Source: Kiritimatiellales bacterium
GTDB taxonomy: Bacteria > Patescibacteriota > Gracilibacteria > Peribacterales > Peribacteraceae
DNA: 59,759 nt
Assembly (NCBI GenBank): GCA_021734665.1
Contig: JAIPIN010000001.1
Location: forward strand, 1-59,759
Direction of reading: 5' to 3'
Position 1 is the first letter of the stretch; the number at the start of each line of letters is the position of its first letter. Under the pieces are notes generated by a model. It saw nothing but the letters and a program-made list of their open reading frames with translations, was not told the DNA's origin and did no database searches. The position numbers and the translations under genes were made by a program. This document shows positions 38,859 through 48,857 of this stretch, piece by piece.

Positions 38859-39878
38859 TCACAAGAGGTATTCTTGGGTTAACACAGTACCAGCGGATAG
38901 ATCCTTAGATACTCTTTTCCCAATTGTTTCTACTAGGAATTTAGGAGCAAGCCCTGTTCCAGGTCGTTTTATGGCTAGCATATCTTGAGTCAATTTTTCA
39001 TCCTTTTTTACGGATTTCGTAAGTATAATGCTTCGTCTTGCGGTATCACGTGTATTGATCTCGCAAGGTTGGCATTGTTTTTCGTTCGTACCAAGTGCCT
39101 GTTCTATGATGCGAATGCTTTGCACCATATCTTTTAGCTCATCTGGTTCTAATGATGCTGCATGGTCAGGACCAGGATCATTCTTGTTTATAGTGAAGTG
39201 TTTCTCGATTATTCGTGCGCCAAGTGCTGCAGCCGCTATTGGCACTGCAATCCCATCTGTGTGATCAGAGTATCCTACAGGGACATTGAATTCCTCCTCA
39301 AGTGTTTTCATGGCTTTCAAATTTATCTGGTCCACTGGGGCTGGATAAGCACTAACGCAGTGGAGAAGGGCGTATGGCGTATTCTGTTTTTTGAATGGCG
39401 CTATTGCCTCTTTTATTTCTTCTAGTGAGGACATGCCAGTAGAAATTATTGAGAAGATCTTTAGCGTTGCAACTTGTTTGAGAAATGGCAAGTTTGTGAT
39501 TTCCCCTGAAGGGATCTTCATAGCCTTCACGTCGAGGTCAGCAAGAAAGCGTGCGGAGACAACATCAAAAGGAGTTGTTAAAAAATCCAGACCTTTTCTT
39601 TCTGCATAGTCTTTCAAATCATGAATATCGTCATGCGAGAGTAACAGATGCTTGAGCATTTCATGTTGATTCTCTTTTCCTGAGTGCCTCTGGTATTCTG
39701 CTAATGGCGTTTGCTCAGATACAATTTCATCCAGAATAAAGAGTTGAAATTTTACGGCATCTACGCCAGCTTCAGTTGCTTTGTCGATTAATTGGTAAGC
39801 CTTTTCCATCTTTCCGTCATGGTTTGGCCCAATTTCAGCAATAATATATGTGCAGTGTTTTGGTAGTGAGAAAGCCAT
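38859..39878 (-). CDS. neuB: Nonulosonic acid synthase (NeuB/LegI-like) with SAF domain
   Basis: IIAEIGPNHDG, DAVKFQ, KIPSGEITN, LHCVSAYP, GYSDHT, IEKHFT and KRPGTG motifs. Confidence 0.92.
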   Translation of the reverse strand: MAFSLPKHCTYIIAEIGPNHDGKMEKAYQLIDKATEAGVDAVKFQLFILDEIVSEQTPLAEYQRHSGKENQHEMLKHLLLSHDDIHDLKDYAERKGLDFLTTPFDVVSARFLADLDVKAMKIPSGEITNLPFLKQVATLKIFSIISTGMSSLEEIKEAIAPFKKQNTPYALLHCVSAYPAPVDQINLKAMKTLEEEFNVPVGYSDHTDGIAVPIAAAALGARIIEKHFTINKNDPGPDHAASLEPDELKDMVQSIRIIEQALGTNEKQCQPCEINTRDTARRSIILTKSVKKDEKLTQDMLAIKRPGTGLAPKFLVETIGKRVSKDLSAGTVLTQEYLL

Positions 39879-39994
39879 AATAGAAGATGTATTAATTTAT
39901 GGGGTTATTCTACCAATACAGAACTAAAAAAGCATCGATAACTTCTCTCATTAAGATAGTTGAAAGGGTATGTTCTGTCCTCTACTCTTCCAGT

Positions 39995-41254
39995 ATGAAC
40001 ATTCGTGAAACCAAGTATGGCCTTCCTGCTGAAGTTCGTTTTTGCAAGAAATGTGTTATTTCCAATCAGCGACCAAATTCTGCTGTTGAGTTTAAACATA
40101 CGTCTGCCTCTAAGAAAAAGACTATCCATTTTAGCGAGGAAGGAGTGTGTGATGCTTGCAGGTATATTGAGCAGAAAAAGAAAACTATCGATTGGGATGA
40201 ACGCGAGCAAGAACTGAAAGCGTTATGTGACCAACATCGAAAGGAAGATGGTTCCTATGATTGTTTGGTTCCGGGATCAGGTGGTAAGGATAGTTTTTTT
40301 GCAGCTCATAAACTCAAATATGAGTATGGTATGCATCCGCTTACAGTTACATGGTCTCCTCATATGTACACGCCTTGGGGATGGGATAATTTCCAGGCAT
40401 GGATACATGCTGGCTTTGATAATTATCTGCATACACCGAACGGCCGTGTGCACCGCCTACTCACTCGTCTAGCTGTGGAAAATCTATTCCATCCATTTCA
40501 GCCTTTTATGTTGGGGCAGAAGTTTTTAGCGCCTAAGCTTGCCGCACGTTTCAATATTCCATTAGTATTCTACGGTGAACTAGAGGCGGAGTATGGCAAT
40601 CCTATTGCAGATGCTGATAATGCTCAGCGCAATTGGTCATATTTTACGGATTCTGATCCGTCATCCATTTGTATTAGTGGCATATCCGTAAAGGAACTTA
40701 TGGAACGGTATTCTATTACACAAAATGATTTGCATACATATCTTCCTGCTGATCCATCTGAGCTTACAGCCAAAAAGATACAGGTTCACTATTTGGGTTA
40801 TTACCTGAATTGGCATCCTCAGGGTTGCTATTATTATTCTGTAGAGCACGGTGGGTTTCAGGCATCCCCAGAGCGTACACCTGGCACCTACAGTAAATAT
40901 AATAGTATTGATGATAAGATAGATGATCTGCACTATTTTACGACATGTATTAAGTTTGGCATTGGTCGTGCTACGTACGACGCTTCACAGGAGATACGGT
41001 CAGGAGAAATCACAAGAAAGGAAGGAGTTTCACTGGTGCACAGATTTGATGGTGAATACCCAGAGCGTTTTGAAAAAGACAACTTCGAATATCTTAGTAT
41101 CACAGAAAAAGAATTTGGGGCAGTGGCCAATGAATTTGAGCATCCTATTATGACACGTGATACATTCCTTAATCTCGCGGATAAGTTTCGCTCTCCTCAT
41201 CTTTGGAATAAGAATGAGCATGGAGCTTGGGAGTTGCGACATATGGTTAGCTGA
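39995..41254 (+). CDS. N-acetyl sugar amidotransferase (WbuX/WbpG/PseA-like)
   Basis: FCKKCVISNQRP, CDAC, PP-loop SGGKDS and KFGIGRA motifs; start set to ATG 39995. Confidence 0.9.
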   Translation: MNIRETKYGLPAEVRFCKKCVISNQRPNSAVEFKHTSASKKKTIHFSEEGVCDACRYIEQKKKTIDWDEREQELKALCDQHRKEDGSYDCLVPGSGGKDSFFAAHKLKYEYGMHPLTVTWSPHMYTPWGWDNFQAWIHAGFDNYLHTPNGRVHRLLTRLAVENLFHPFQPFMLGQKFLAPKLAARFNIPLVFYGELEAEYGNPIADADNAQRNWSYFTDSDPSSICISGISVKELMERYSITQNDLHTYLPADPSELTAKKIQVHYLGYYLNWHPQGCYYYSVEHGGFQASPERTPGTYSKYNSIDDKIDDLHYFTTCIKFGIGRATYDASQEIRSGEITRKEGVSLVHRFDGEYPERFEKDNFEYLSITEKEFGAVANEFEHPIMTRDTFLNLADKFRSPHLWNKNEHGAWELRHMVS

Positions 41255-41293
41255 TCTGCATAATGTTTCATTGCTTTCTTAATACACAAACTT

Positions 41294-42802
41294 TTATATA
41301 TTATCAGGGTAGCGAACGGCTTGTATTTCTTCTTTTAACTTCTCAATCTCTTTTACTATAGCTTTCCCCATTATTTGAGAATGTTCATTCTCTGATTTAT
41401 GTGTGATTTGTAGGCTCCATGGGTCAAGCACACCAGGTATGCACGTTTCCTCCATTGCTTTCATGAATAAATGTGAACTTAGGAGAGTAGGCTTTTCTCC
41501 TTGCTCGAAGATACTTTTTACCGCCTTTTCACAGTCCCGTTTTGAGCGTATAGGGAATATTCCTTTGGCACTTTGATAGTATCGTGAACCGAACAGGAAT
41601 ACTGCCTTTTCACGGAAAAGCGCCTCAAATCCTGCGGATCCAGTAACTGTTGCCACGGCCTGACAATTTTCTCGCAAGTCGAAGGTATTGATAGTTGTTG
41701 GAATCAAGCGGACTTTATCAAGCTCCAAAAATTCTTTATAGTACTCAATGCTGCGGTTAAGCCAATTACTCCTGTAAGGATGTTCTTTGATGTAAATTAG
41801 CATATTCTCTGGTAGAGAATCATTCAGTATGCGTGCAGCAAGAATAAGATCGGCAAATATGCCTCCCATAGGATGAGTAGTTGCCTCTGGCTGATAGTGA
41901 AGAGGAAAGTATACGAATGGTCGTTTTAGATCTGGTTCTACCGTGTTTTTCCTATAGAAATCATCTGTTTTTTTAACAAGTTGCCATCTTAAAATTGCCC
42001 AGTAGGCGCGCTTCCATCCTGTTGGAGCAAGATAAGCAAAAGCATTTTTTAGGAATGTTAGAGGCCGTTTCCTGAATAGTTTTTGTAGATGATCCCAATA
42101 GGTGAGTAGTGGAAATGATTCTATGGCCGGAGGTTGTCCTTTCTCACTAATAAGCCCCTTTTTGTATGATAAAAACGGTTCTCCTAATTGTATAGCATCA
42201 GAATTTTTGCCGGCGTACTCCTCAAGGAGCTCTTGGTATCGTGGCAATATCTGTGTGGCAGATTTTCTAATGTCATGTTCCGCAAAAGAGACATCGGGAA
42301 TTTCTGTTGTATTAAAGTACAAAATAGGAATACCACGGTGTTTGCATAGATAATAAATGACAATGTCTGGAATCTCATGTGGTACCCAAGCAGATAAAAA
42401 GAGATTAATCCTATGACGTATTATATAATCGTTCCAAAATTGCAAGTGGCGCAGGTACCATAGTTTGCGCTTTAGATATAGGATGCTTTGTTTGCGCTCC
42501 AGTCTGTAAATAAGAGACATGAACTCAGATTCGCAATCGTGCATTTGTACAATTAATTCCTCATCAAGTGGTGAGATGTCATTCCAGTCTATTCCTTTGT
42601 AATATGCATTGCGTGTCTCGCTCGAAGCAAACCATTCTTGAGATGAGGCAGGAATGCTACTAAAGGGGTCAGTTCGCTCTCCTCCAGAAATATGAGCACA
42701 AAATTCAAAAGGGTGCTCTTTCAATGCGTTTTCCAACGCATGACGAGAAAAGTTGAAGGAAAATCGTCCAACGATAGCTCTAATACGTGGATTGTTAGTC
42801 AT
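41294..42802 (-). CDS. KpsS-like capsule polysaccharide protein (candidate ulosonic-acid transferase) 1
   Basis: YFPLHYQPEAT, YIKEHP and ATVTGSAGFEAL motifs. Confidence 0.75.
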   Translation of the reverse strand: MTNNPRIRAIVGRFSFNFSRHALENALKEHPFEFCAHISGGERTDPFSSIPASSQEWFASSETRNAYYKGIDWNDISPLDEELIVQMHDCESEFMSLIYRLERKQSILYLKRKLWYLRHLQFWNDYIIRHRINLFLSAWVPHEIPDIVIYYLCKHRGIPILYFNTTEIPDVSFAEHDIRKSATQILPRYQELLEEYAGKNSDAIQLGEPFLSYKKGLISEKGQPPAIESFPLLTYWDHLQKLFRKRPLTFLKNAFAYLAPTGWKRAYWAILRWQLVKKTDDFYRKNTVEPDLKRPFVYFPLHYQPEATTHPMGGIFADLILAARILNDSLPENMLIYIKEHPYRSNWLNRSIEYYKEFLELDKVRLIPTTINTFDLRENCQAVATVTGSAGFEALFREKAVFLFGSRYYQSAKGIFPIRSKRDCEKAVKSIFEQGEKPTLLSSHLFMKAMEETCIPGVLDPWSLQITHKSENEHSQIMGKAIVKEIEKLKEEIQAVRYPDNI

Positions 42803-42914
42803 AACCGTTTCATCCTACTATAATGGCTCTGATATAATAAAGAATATTCTTCTTTGTTCCAAAAAAGCCTGTTAGTATTTAGCTCCATACCCTCATATCA
42901 TTCCTTCTTTTTTC

Positions 42915-43691
42915 ATGGCATATTCTGATCTAGCTTGGTCTGCCGAACCTACCTACGGTGATGTCTTCTATGAGCGTGCAATTGGCAAGGCGCCGGAAAT
43001 GGAAAGTAGCAAAGCAACAGCTAAGCAGCTCAAAGGCTTAATTCAGGCAGATACGAAAGTACTGGATGTGGGTTGTGGTTCTGGTCATTATTTGCGTTCA
43101 TTGAGGCGTGAATATCCTGTTCCATTTTTTTATGAGGGAGCCGATATTACTCCGCATTATATTGATTTGGCGAAAAAGGCATATTCAGATGATTCGCATG
43201 CTAATTTCCAGGTTGCAAGTGTTGGCAAATTACCTTACGAATCCAAGAAATTTGATGTAGTTATCTGCTGTAATGTATTGCTGCATTTGCCAGATGTTGC
43301 TAGACCTTTGCAGGAACTTTGGCGTGTTACAAAAGGGACTTTACTTGTCCGTACACATATCGGCACAACCAATTTCCGTATCCAGCAGGTTCCGGAGCCA
43401 GAGACCTATAGTGGAAAGATGGATCCTGTTTTTAAGCCGAATGGAGAACCAAGAGAACGTCATTTTTATAATATTTATTCCGAGAAATATATTAAGTGGC
43501 TTTTTAATACTTTTGATGATGTAGCAGATGTTTCAATACAGCGTGATGAAGATTTTGATCCAACTGCATTAGGATCTTCTCAGTGGCCCGAGGATAAGAA
43601 ACCATCCGATCTAACGGAGGTATGGCATGGTTGGCAGATTCATCATTATATTCTTCAGCCGTGGAGCTTTCTACGTGTCACCCGCAAATAG
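42915..43691 (+). CDS. Class I SAM-dependent methyltransferase
   Basis: VLDVGCGSG, LPYESKKFDVV and NVLLHL motifs. Confidence 0.88.
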   Translation: MAYSDLAWSAEPTYGDVFYERAIGKAPEMESSKATAKQLKGLIQADTKVLDVGCGSGHYLRSLRREYPVPFFYEGADITPHYIDLAKKAYSDDSHANFQVASVGKLPYESKKFDVVICCNVLLHLPDVARPLQELWRVTKGTLLVRTHIGTTNFRIQQVPEPETYSGKMDPVFKPNGEPRERHFYNIYSEKYIKWLFNTFDDVADVSIQRDEDFDPTALGSSQWPEDKKPSDLTEVWHGWQIHHYILQPWSFLRVTRK

Positions 43692-43692
43692 A

Positions 43693-44322
43693 CTACTTGA
43701 TAGCAAGAAAATTCTGGATGATCCGTAAGCCGTGTTCTCCACTTTTTTCCGGATGGAATTGGCAGCCATATATATTGCCTATTTGGATTACTGAAGGGAA
43801 TGTGCATCCACCGTATTCTGTGAGTGCCAATACTGATTCGCTGTCACTTGGTTGCAGAATATAAGAGTGTACAAAATACATTTCCGGATCTTTGGGAAGA
43901 TTATCCAAAATGGTTCCTTGCCAGTCTTTTTGCGTAGCTGGTTCGACAGTATTCCATCCTATATGGGGTGTTTTACGGTTTTCTATAAGTTCTGGAAAAT
44001 GTAGAACGCTTCCTTGTATAATATCTAAACCTTTATGTTCTCCAAATTCCCTGCCACTTGTCAGTAAGAGCTGTGCTCCAAGGCAGATGCCCAACAGTGG
44101 CTTTTCTTCTGCGACATGCTTTAGCACCACATCAATAAGCCCACGGATTCTCAATCCATCCATCCCTGCTTGAAATGATCCAACACCGGGAAGGACAAGG
44201 GCATCATAAGAACCAATTTCTTCCGGATCTTCCGATACAGTCACTTGCGCATCAAGGTGCCTAAAAGCTTTTTCAACACTAAATAAATTTCCAACGCCGT
44301 AGTCAACAATACAAATACGCAT
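43693..44322 (-). CDS. HisH-like glutamine amidotransferase (glycan-cluster paralogue, WbuY-like)
   Basis: IVDYGVGN, LPGVGSF, GICLG, YFVHSY and QFHPEKS motifs. Confidence 0.9.
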   Translation of the reverse strand: MRICIVDYGVGNLFSVEKAFRHLDAQVTVSEDPEEIGSYDALVLPGVGSFQAGMDGLRIRGLIDVVLKHVAEEKPLLGICLGAQLLLTSGREFGEHKGLDIIQGSVLHFPELIENRKTPHIGWNTVEPATQKDWQGTILDNLPKDPEMYFVHSYILQPSDSESVLALTEYGGCTFPSVIQIGNIYGCQFHPEKSGEHGLRIIQNFLAIK

Positions 44323-45080
44323 CAGATTCGCATGGGGAAATTGGCATTATGAAGATATTTTTTCAAATCATGAATGCTGTATTCATCGTAATGCAGTACG
44401 GTTGCCATGGCTATGCCATCAATTTTATTCTTTTGCAGGGCACTTTTTACTGAATCCATGCTTCCCGCTCCTCCGCAGGCGATAACTGGTATCGGGGAAA
44501 TCGATTCAATTTCCTGTATCAATGCATTGTCGTATCCCTTTCTTGTCCCGTCATTATCCACTGATGTAATCAATATCTCTCCTATACCAAAAGACAGTGC
44601 TTTTTTTGTCCATTCCATTACTTCCAATCCCGTGTGTTCTCGCCCACCGTCCGTATAGACTTCCCATGTACCCTCAGGGCTCTTTTTTGCTTCAATAGAG
44701 AGAACGATGCATTGTGATCCAAATTGGCGCACAGCGTCTTTTAGCATCTCTGGATGCCGTACTGCGAATGTATTAATTGCAACTTTGTCTGCGCCTGCAT
44801 GCAGTACGTTATTAATATCGTGAATTGATTGGATTCCTCCTCCTACTGTTAAAGGTATGAATATTTCTCTTGCAACAGATTTTACTAGGCCCACGTCGAT
44901 CCCTCGTCCATACAAGCTTGCCACAATATCCATGTATAGCATCTCATCTGCTCCTGCATTGTAATACCGTTTGGCAATCTCTGGAGGATGCCCAATCACC
45001 TTCAATCCTTCCATATGAATTCCTTTCACAACATTTGGCCCTTTAATGTCTAAACGAGGAATAATTCTGATTTTCTTCAT
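44322..45080 (-). CDS. HisF-like cyclase subunit (glycan-cluster paralogue, WbuZ-like)
   Basis: RIIPRLDIKGPNVVKG, GADE, TVGGGI, GADKVAINT and TSVDNDGT motifs. Confidence 0.9.
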   Translation of the reverse strand: MKKIRIIPRLDIKGPNVVKGIHMEGLKVIGHPPEIAKRYYNAGADEMLYMDIVASLYGRGIDVGLVKSVAREIFIPLTVGGGIQSIHDINNVLHAGADKVAINTFAVRHPEMLKDAVRQFGSQCIVLSIEAKKSPEGTWEVYTDGGREHTGLEVMEWTKKALSFGIGEILITSVDNDGTRKGYDNALIQEIESISPIPVIACGGAGSMDSVKSALQKNKIDGIAMATVLHYDEYSIHDLKKYLHNANFPMRI

Positions 45081-45188
45081 AAATCTTTTAATGATGGTAT
45101 TGTCATTCTATATACTCTTTTCCTTCAATGAAACGTTACAGGTAATCTATTCGCATAATGTGCATGGCTTAGATTAAACTATATTATA

Positions 45189-46319
45189 ATGAAGCATAAC
45201 ACACCTCTTGCCAGGCCAGATATTAATGAAGCCGATATAGAGGCCGTAGTCGCTGTACTTAAATCGTCTCGATTATCTTTGGGGCCAAAGTTGAATGAGT
45301 TTGAGCAGGATTTTGCATCATATATCGGGACAAAGCATGCCGTTGCAGTTAGCAGTGGTACAGCGGCATTGCATCTGTGTATTCGTGCGCTAGAAATAAA
45401 GGATGGTGATGAGGTGATTACTTCGCCATTCAGTTTTATCGCATCCAGCAATTGCATTCTATTTGAGCGTGCACAGCCCGTTTTTGTTGATGTGTTACCC
45501 GGTACATTGTGCATTGATCCGGCAAAGATAGAGGCTGCAATTACACCGAAGACGAAGGCAATTTTGGGGGTCGACATTTTGGGCTACTTGGCAGAATGGG
45601 ATGCTATTAAAGTAATTGCAGAGAAACATGGACTATTGTTGATTGAGGATAGCTGTGAAGCAATTGGTACTACTAAAGATGGTAAGTTATCGGGTACCTT
45701 TGCCGATTGCGGGGTTTTTGCATTCTATCCGAATAAGCAAATTACAACAGGCGAAGGGGGAATGGTTGTAACAGATGATGAAAAAATCGCTACTGCAGTT
45801 CGCTCAATGCGCAATCAAGGAAGAAACGAAGAGAGCAAGTTTCTTTCCCACGATAGACTTGGTTATAATTATCGTATTAGTGATATCAACTGTGCGCTTG
45901 GCATAAGCCAATTAAAGCGCTTACCTGAATTCATACAAAAACGTTCTGCTATCTTTGATTGGTATGAAGAGAGCTTGGCAACATTAGTAGATCTTGTTCG
46001 TACACCCATGCGACAGAGTGGCGTAGAGGTAAGTTGGTTTGTATATGTTGTGCATTTGGCAGATCGTTTTGGTGCCTCAGATCGCAATCATCTCATTTCA
46101 TACTTGAAAGAAAATGGCATTGGGTGCAATAAGTATTTTCCTTCTATTCACTTGCAATCTTTTTATAGAGATATGTTTGGATACAAAGAGGGGGCTTTTC
46201 CAGTTTCAGAATCTGCTTCCTCGAGTGGGATAGCTTTGCCATTCTATTCAAATTTATCGCAGGAAGAAGTTGTTAATATTTGTAATGTATTACATAATGG
46301 CATAAATTCACTCTTATAA
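45189..46319 (+). CDS. DegT/DnrJ/EryC1/StrS sugar aminotransferase
   Basis: AVSSGTAALH, IEDSCEA, FYPNKQITTGEGG and GYNYR motifs. Confidence 0.93.
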   Translation: MKHNTPLARPDINEADIEAVVAVLKSSRLSLGPKLNEFEQDFASYIGTKHAVAVSSGTAALHLCIRALEIKDGDEVITSPFSFIASSNCILFERAQPVFVDVLPGTLCIDPAKIEAAITPKTKAILGVDILGYLAEWDAIKVIAEKHGLLLIEDSCEAIGTTKDGKLSGTFADCGVFAFYPNKQITTGEGGMVVTDDEKIATAVRSMRNQGRNEESKFLSHDRLGYNYRISDINCALGISQLKRLPEFIQKRSAIFDWYEESLATLVDLVRTPMRQSGVEVSWFVYVVHLADRFGASDRNHLISYLKENGIGCNKYFPSIHLQSFYRDMFGYKEGAFPVSESASSSGIALPFYSNLSQEEVVNICNVLHNGINSLL

Positions 46320-46325
46320 AGATAT

Positions 46326-47369
46326 ATGTCTTCTTTTTTCCATGACAAGACTGTACTAATAACTGGCGCAACTGGCTCGGTCGGTTCCGAGGTTACCAAG
46401 CAGATTCTTGCTTTGCAGCCGGCAGCTGTACGTCTATTTTCACGTGATGAGCATAAGCAATATTTATTACAACGAGAGCTTGAGAGCATGGGGCACAAAG
46501 ATATTCGGTCTCTTTTGGGTGATATTCGTGATTATCCTAGGCTTTTACGCGCCTTAGAGGGCGTAGATTATGTGTTTCATTGTGCTGCGTACAAACATGT
46601 CCCTTTCTGCGAATACAATTCATTTGAGGCGGTAAAAACGAATGTAGTAGGAACACAAAACATTATTGATGCCGCCATTACACAAGAAGTTGAGCGAGTT
46701 CTTTTGGTTAGCACAGACAAGGCCGCCAGCCCCTCCAGCGTAATGGGGGCAACAAAACTTCTGGCAGAAAAACTTATGACTTCTGCCATGTATGCTGCAG
46801 GTACGCGCCCAATTCGTTTTGCCAGTGTCCGCTTTGGAAACGTATTGGCTTCCCGTGGATCCGCACTTCCATTGTTCTGCGATCAAATACGCCAAGGAGG
46901 CCCAGTTACGATTACTGCAGAATCTATGGTGCGTTTTTTCATGTCCATTCCTCAGGCTGTTACGCTTACCCTACGTTCTATGGAGCGCATGGAGGGAGGG
47001 GAGCTCTTTATCCTTAAAATGCCTGTGATTGTACTTGGTGATCTTATTGATGTTCTTATTGAGGAAGTGGCACCACGCTATGGTAAAGACCCCGCAAGTA
47101 TTGAGAAAAAAATTATTGGAATTCGCCCAGGTGAAAAGATGTCTGAGCTGCTTATGACAAAGGAGGAGTCTCAGTATGCCGTGGAGGAAGAGGATGTTTT
47201 TGTTGTTCGTTCTCCCATTCTTCTCCCTAACAGGGAGTTCGCTTCTCATATAAACAATCCTCAATTGGCTGATTACGACTCTGCGCAGCTTCCGCCTCTT
47301 TCTAAAGAGGAAATTAGGAAGTTGCTTACGGGTATTTTGGAAAAGTATCTTGAGCAGGTCAATAGATAG
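46326..47369 (+). CDS. NDP-sugar 4,6-dehydratase (Polysacc_synt_2, CapD/PglF-like soluble form)
   Basis: ITGATGSVG, HCAAYKHVP, STDKA, MGATK, VRFGNVLASRGS and RPGEK motifs. Confidence 0.9.
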   Translation: MSSFFHDKTVLITGATGSVGSEVTKQILALQPAAVRLFSRDEHKQYLLQRELESMGHKDIRSLLGDIRDYPRLLRALEGVDYVFHCAAYKHVPFCEYNSFEAVKTNVVGTQNIIDAAITQEVERVLLVSTDKAASPSSVMGATKLLAEKLMTSAMYAAGTRPIRFASVRFGNVLASRGSALPLFCDQIRQGGPVTITAESMVRFFMSIPQAVTLTLRSMERMEGGELFILKMPVIVLGDLIDVLIEEVAPRYGKDPASIEKKIIGIRPGEKMSELLMTKEESQYAVEEEDVFVVRSPILLPNREFASHINNPQLADYDSAQLPPLSKEEIRKLLTGILEKYLEQVNR

Positions 47370-47375
47370 ATTTTC

Positions 47376-48818
47376 CTATTGTGAGAATTTTCGCTGTATT
47401 GCTTGTGCAATTTTGTCACCCAAGATTTCTGCTCGGTCTTTTCTTATAGCTTTCTCGTTCGGCCCAGAAATGACATCTTCGTAATACGTACCGGTTTCTT
47501 GCACTGCTCTAAGGAATAGGCGCATATCTCTAAGACTTGGGCGTTCCTTCTTTTTTAAAATTTTTTCCATTGCTTGCTCACAATCTCTGACAGTGCGGAT
47601 CATATGTACCCCTGGAGCATATTGGTAGAAACGATGACCGAACATCAGTACAGGCACTCCGCGGAATAGCCCCTCCAGTCCGGCCGTTCCAGTGGCAGTT
47701 GCAATAGCAACCGCATTTTTTGTCAGAGTAAATGTATCTAATTTTTTTGGCACAAAAGTTACTGTTGGGATCGATAGTAACGATTGATAGAATTCTTTAC
47801 TTCGCATTCTTTCTCCTTGGCAAGGATGTTCTTTCACGTAGATTGAAATGTCTGGTGGCATACACCAGGCCAATAGTTGAATAATGCGTTCTTGGTCAAT
47901 AAAAGCTCCTGCCATAGGTGAGGTGGTGGCTTCTGGTTGCAGATGCAAAGGAACGTAAATATATGGCTTATTGAGATCGGGTATTTTTGCAGTTCTATCA
48001 TAGAACTTCGCAGTGTTGTGCTGGTTAATTTTTCGTCTCCAAAATGTGGGAGAAATGATGCAAGAGACAAACATCCCCGTTCTTTTTAGAAGAATCTTTA
48101 TGGCCACATAAACCCACTTACTTATAAACCCTTTTTGTTGCATTTGGTCTTTAAATTGCTCCATGTACCATGGTTCTGCATCTCGTTCCGTTTGAGCCAA
48201 AAAGTGCTTTTCATACTTCTTATCAAGGGGGATTTGTTTTTTTGGATCGCCATATTCTTCCTGTAACTTACTCAACCGTTCTCCCAGCTCTCTGCTTGAT
48301 TCTTCCCAATCATCTATGATGAAGAAGGTATCAAAAGAGCATGTACGCTCTATCATGAGTATGGGAATGTCTTTTAGCTTGCACAAGTTATACAGAACGT
48401 AGTCGTAACACTGGTGGGGGATGTGGTACATCAAAAGCAGGTCTATTTTTTTGGTTGCCAAGATATGATTCCAAAACCTCAGGTGATCAAAATATTGTCG
48501 TTTCCGTTCTTCGTATAAGAGGTTTTCTTGCGTGTCATATCGTTCAATCATCGTGAAGAAAACCGCTTCGCTGTGGCGCATTTTCTCAATGATTGCTTCA
48601 TCCAGTGGGGTAATGGTATTCCAGTCAATTCTCGGATACTGCCCTGCCCGCTGTGCCTTGGCATCAATCCAAATGTGTTCGTCTGCCTGCAAATTTGGCA
48701 ACAAGGATTTTGTATCTGCTATAGAAATACACGTATGTATTTTTCGTTCTCCCAATGCTTTCTCTAGGGTTATTTTATCGTCAATAACTCCGTCGAATGA
48801 CTTCACGATAATATTCAT
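47376..48818 (-). CDS. KpsS-like capsule polysaccharide protein (candidate ulosonic-acid transferase) 2
   Basis: YVPLHLQPEAT, YVKEHP and ATATGTAGLEGL motifs; clear paralogue of 41294-42802; start set to ATG 48818. Confidence 0.75.
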   Translation of the reverse strand: MNIIVKSFDGVIDDKITLEKALGERKIHTCISIADTKSLLPNLQADEHIWIDAKAQRAGQYPRIDWNTITPLDEAIIEKMRHSEAVFFTMIERYDTQENLLYEERKRQYFDHLRFWNHILATKKIDLLLMYHIPHQCYDYVLYNLCKLKDIPILMIERTCSFDTFFIIDDWEESSRELGERLSKLQEEYGDPKKQIPLDKKYEKHFLAQTERDAEPWYMEQFKDQMQQKGFISKWVYVAIKILLKRTGMFVSCIISPTFWRRKINQHNTAKFYDRTAKIPDLNKPYIYVPLHLQPEATTSPMAGAFIDQERIIQLLAWCMPPDISIYVKEHPCQGERMRSKEFYQSLLSIPTVTFVPKKLDTFTLTKNAVAIATATGTAGLEGLFRGVPVLMFGHRFYQYAPGVHMIRTVRDCEQAMEKILKKKERPSLRDMRLFLRAVQETGTYYEDVISGPNEKAIRKDRAEILGDKIAQAIQRKFSQ

Positions 48819-48857
48819 ATCGGTAGTATGCCGCATTTCCCTTTTCCTGTTTAGTAA

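Noticed and set aside
43693..45080. Histidine biosynthesis operon
   Set aside because: Only hisF/hisH-like genes are present, beside a sugar amidotransferase, which is the typical glycan-modification context.
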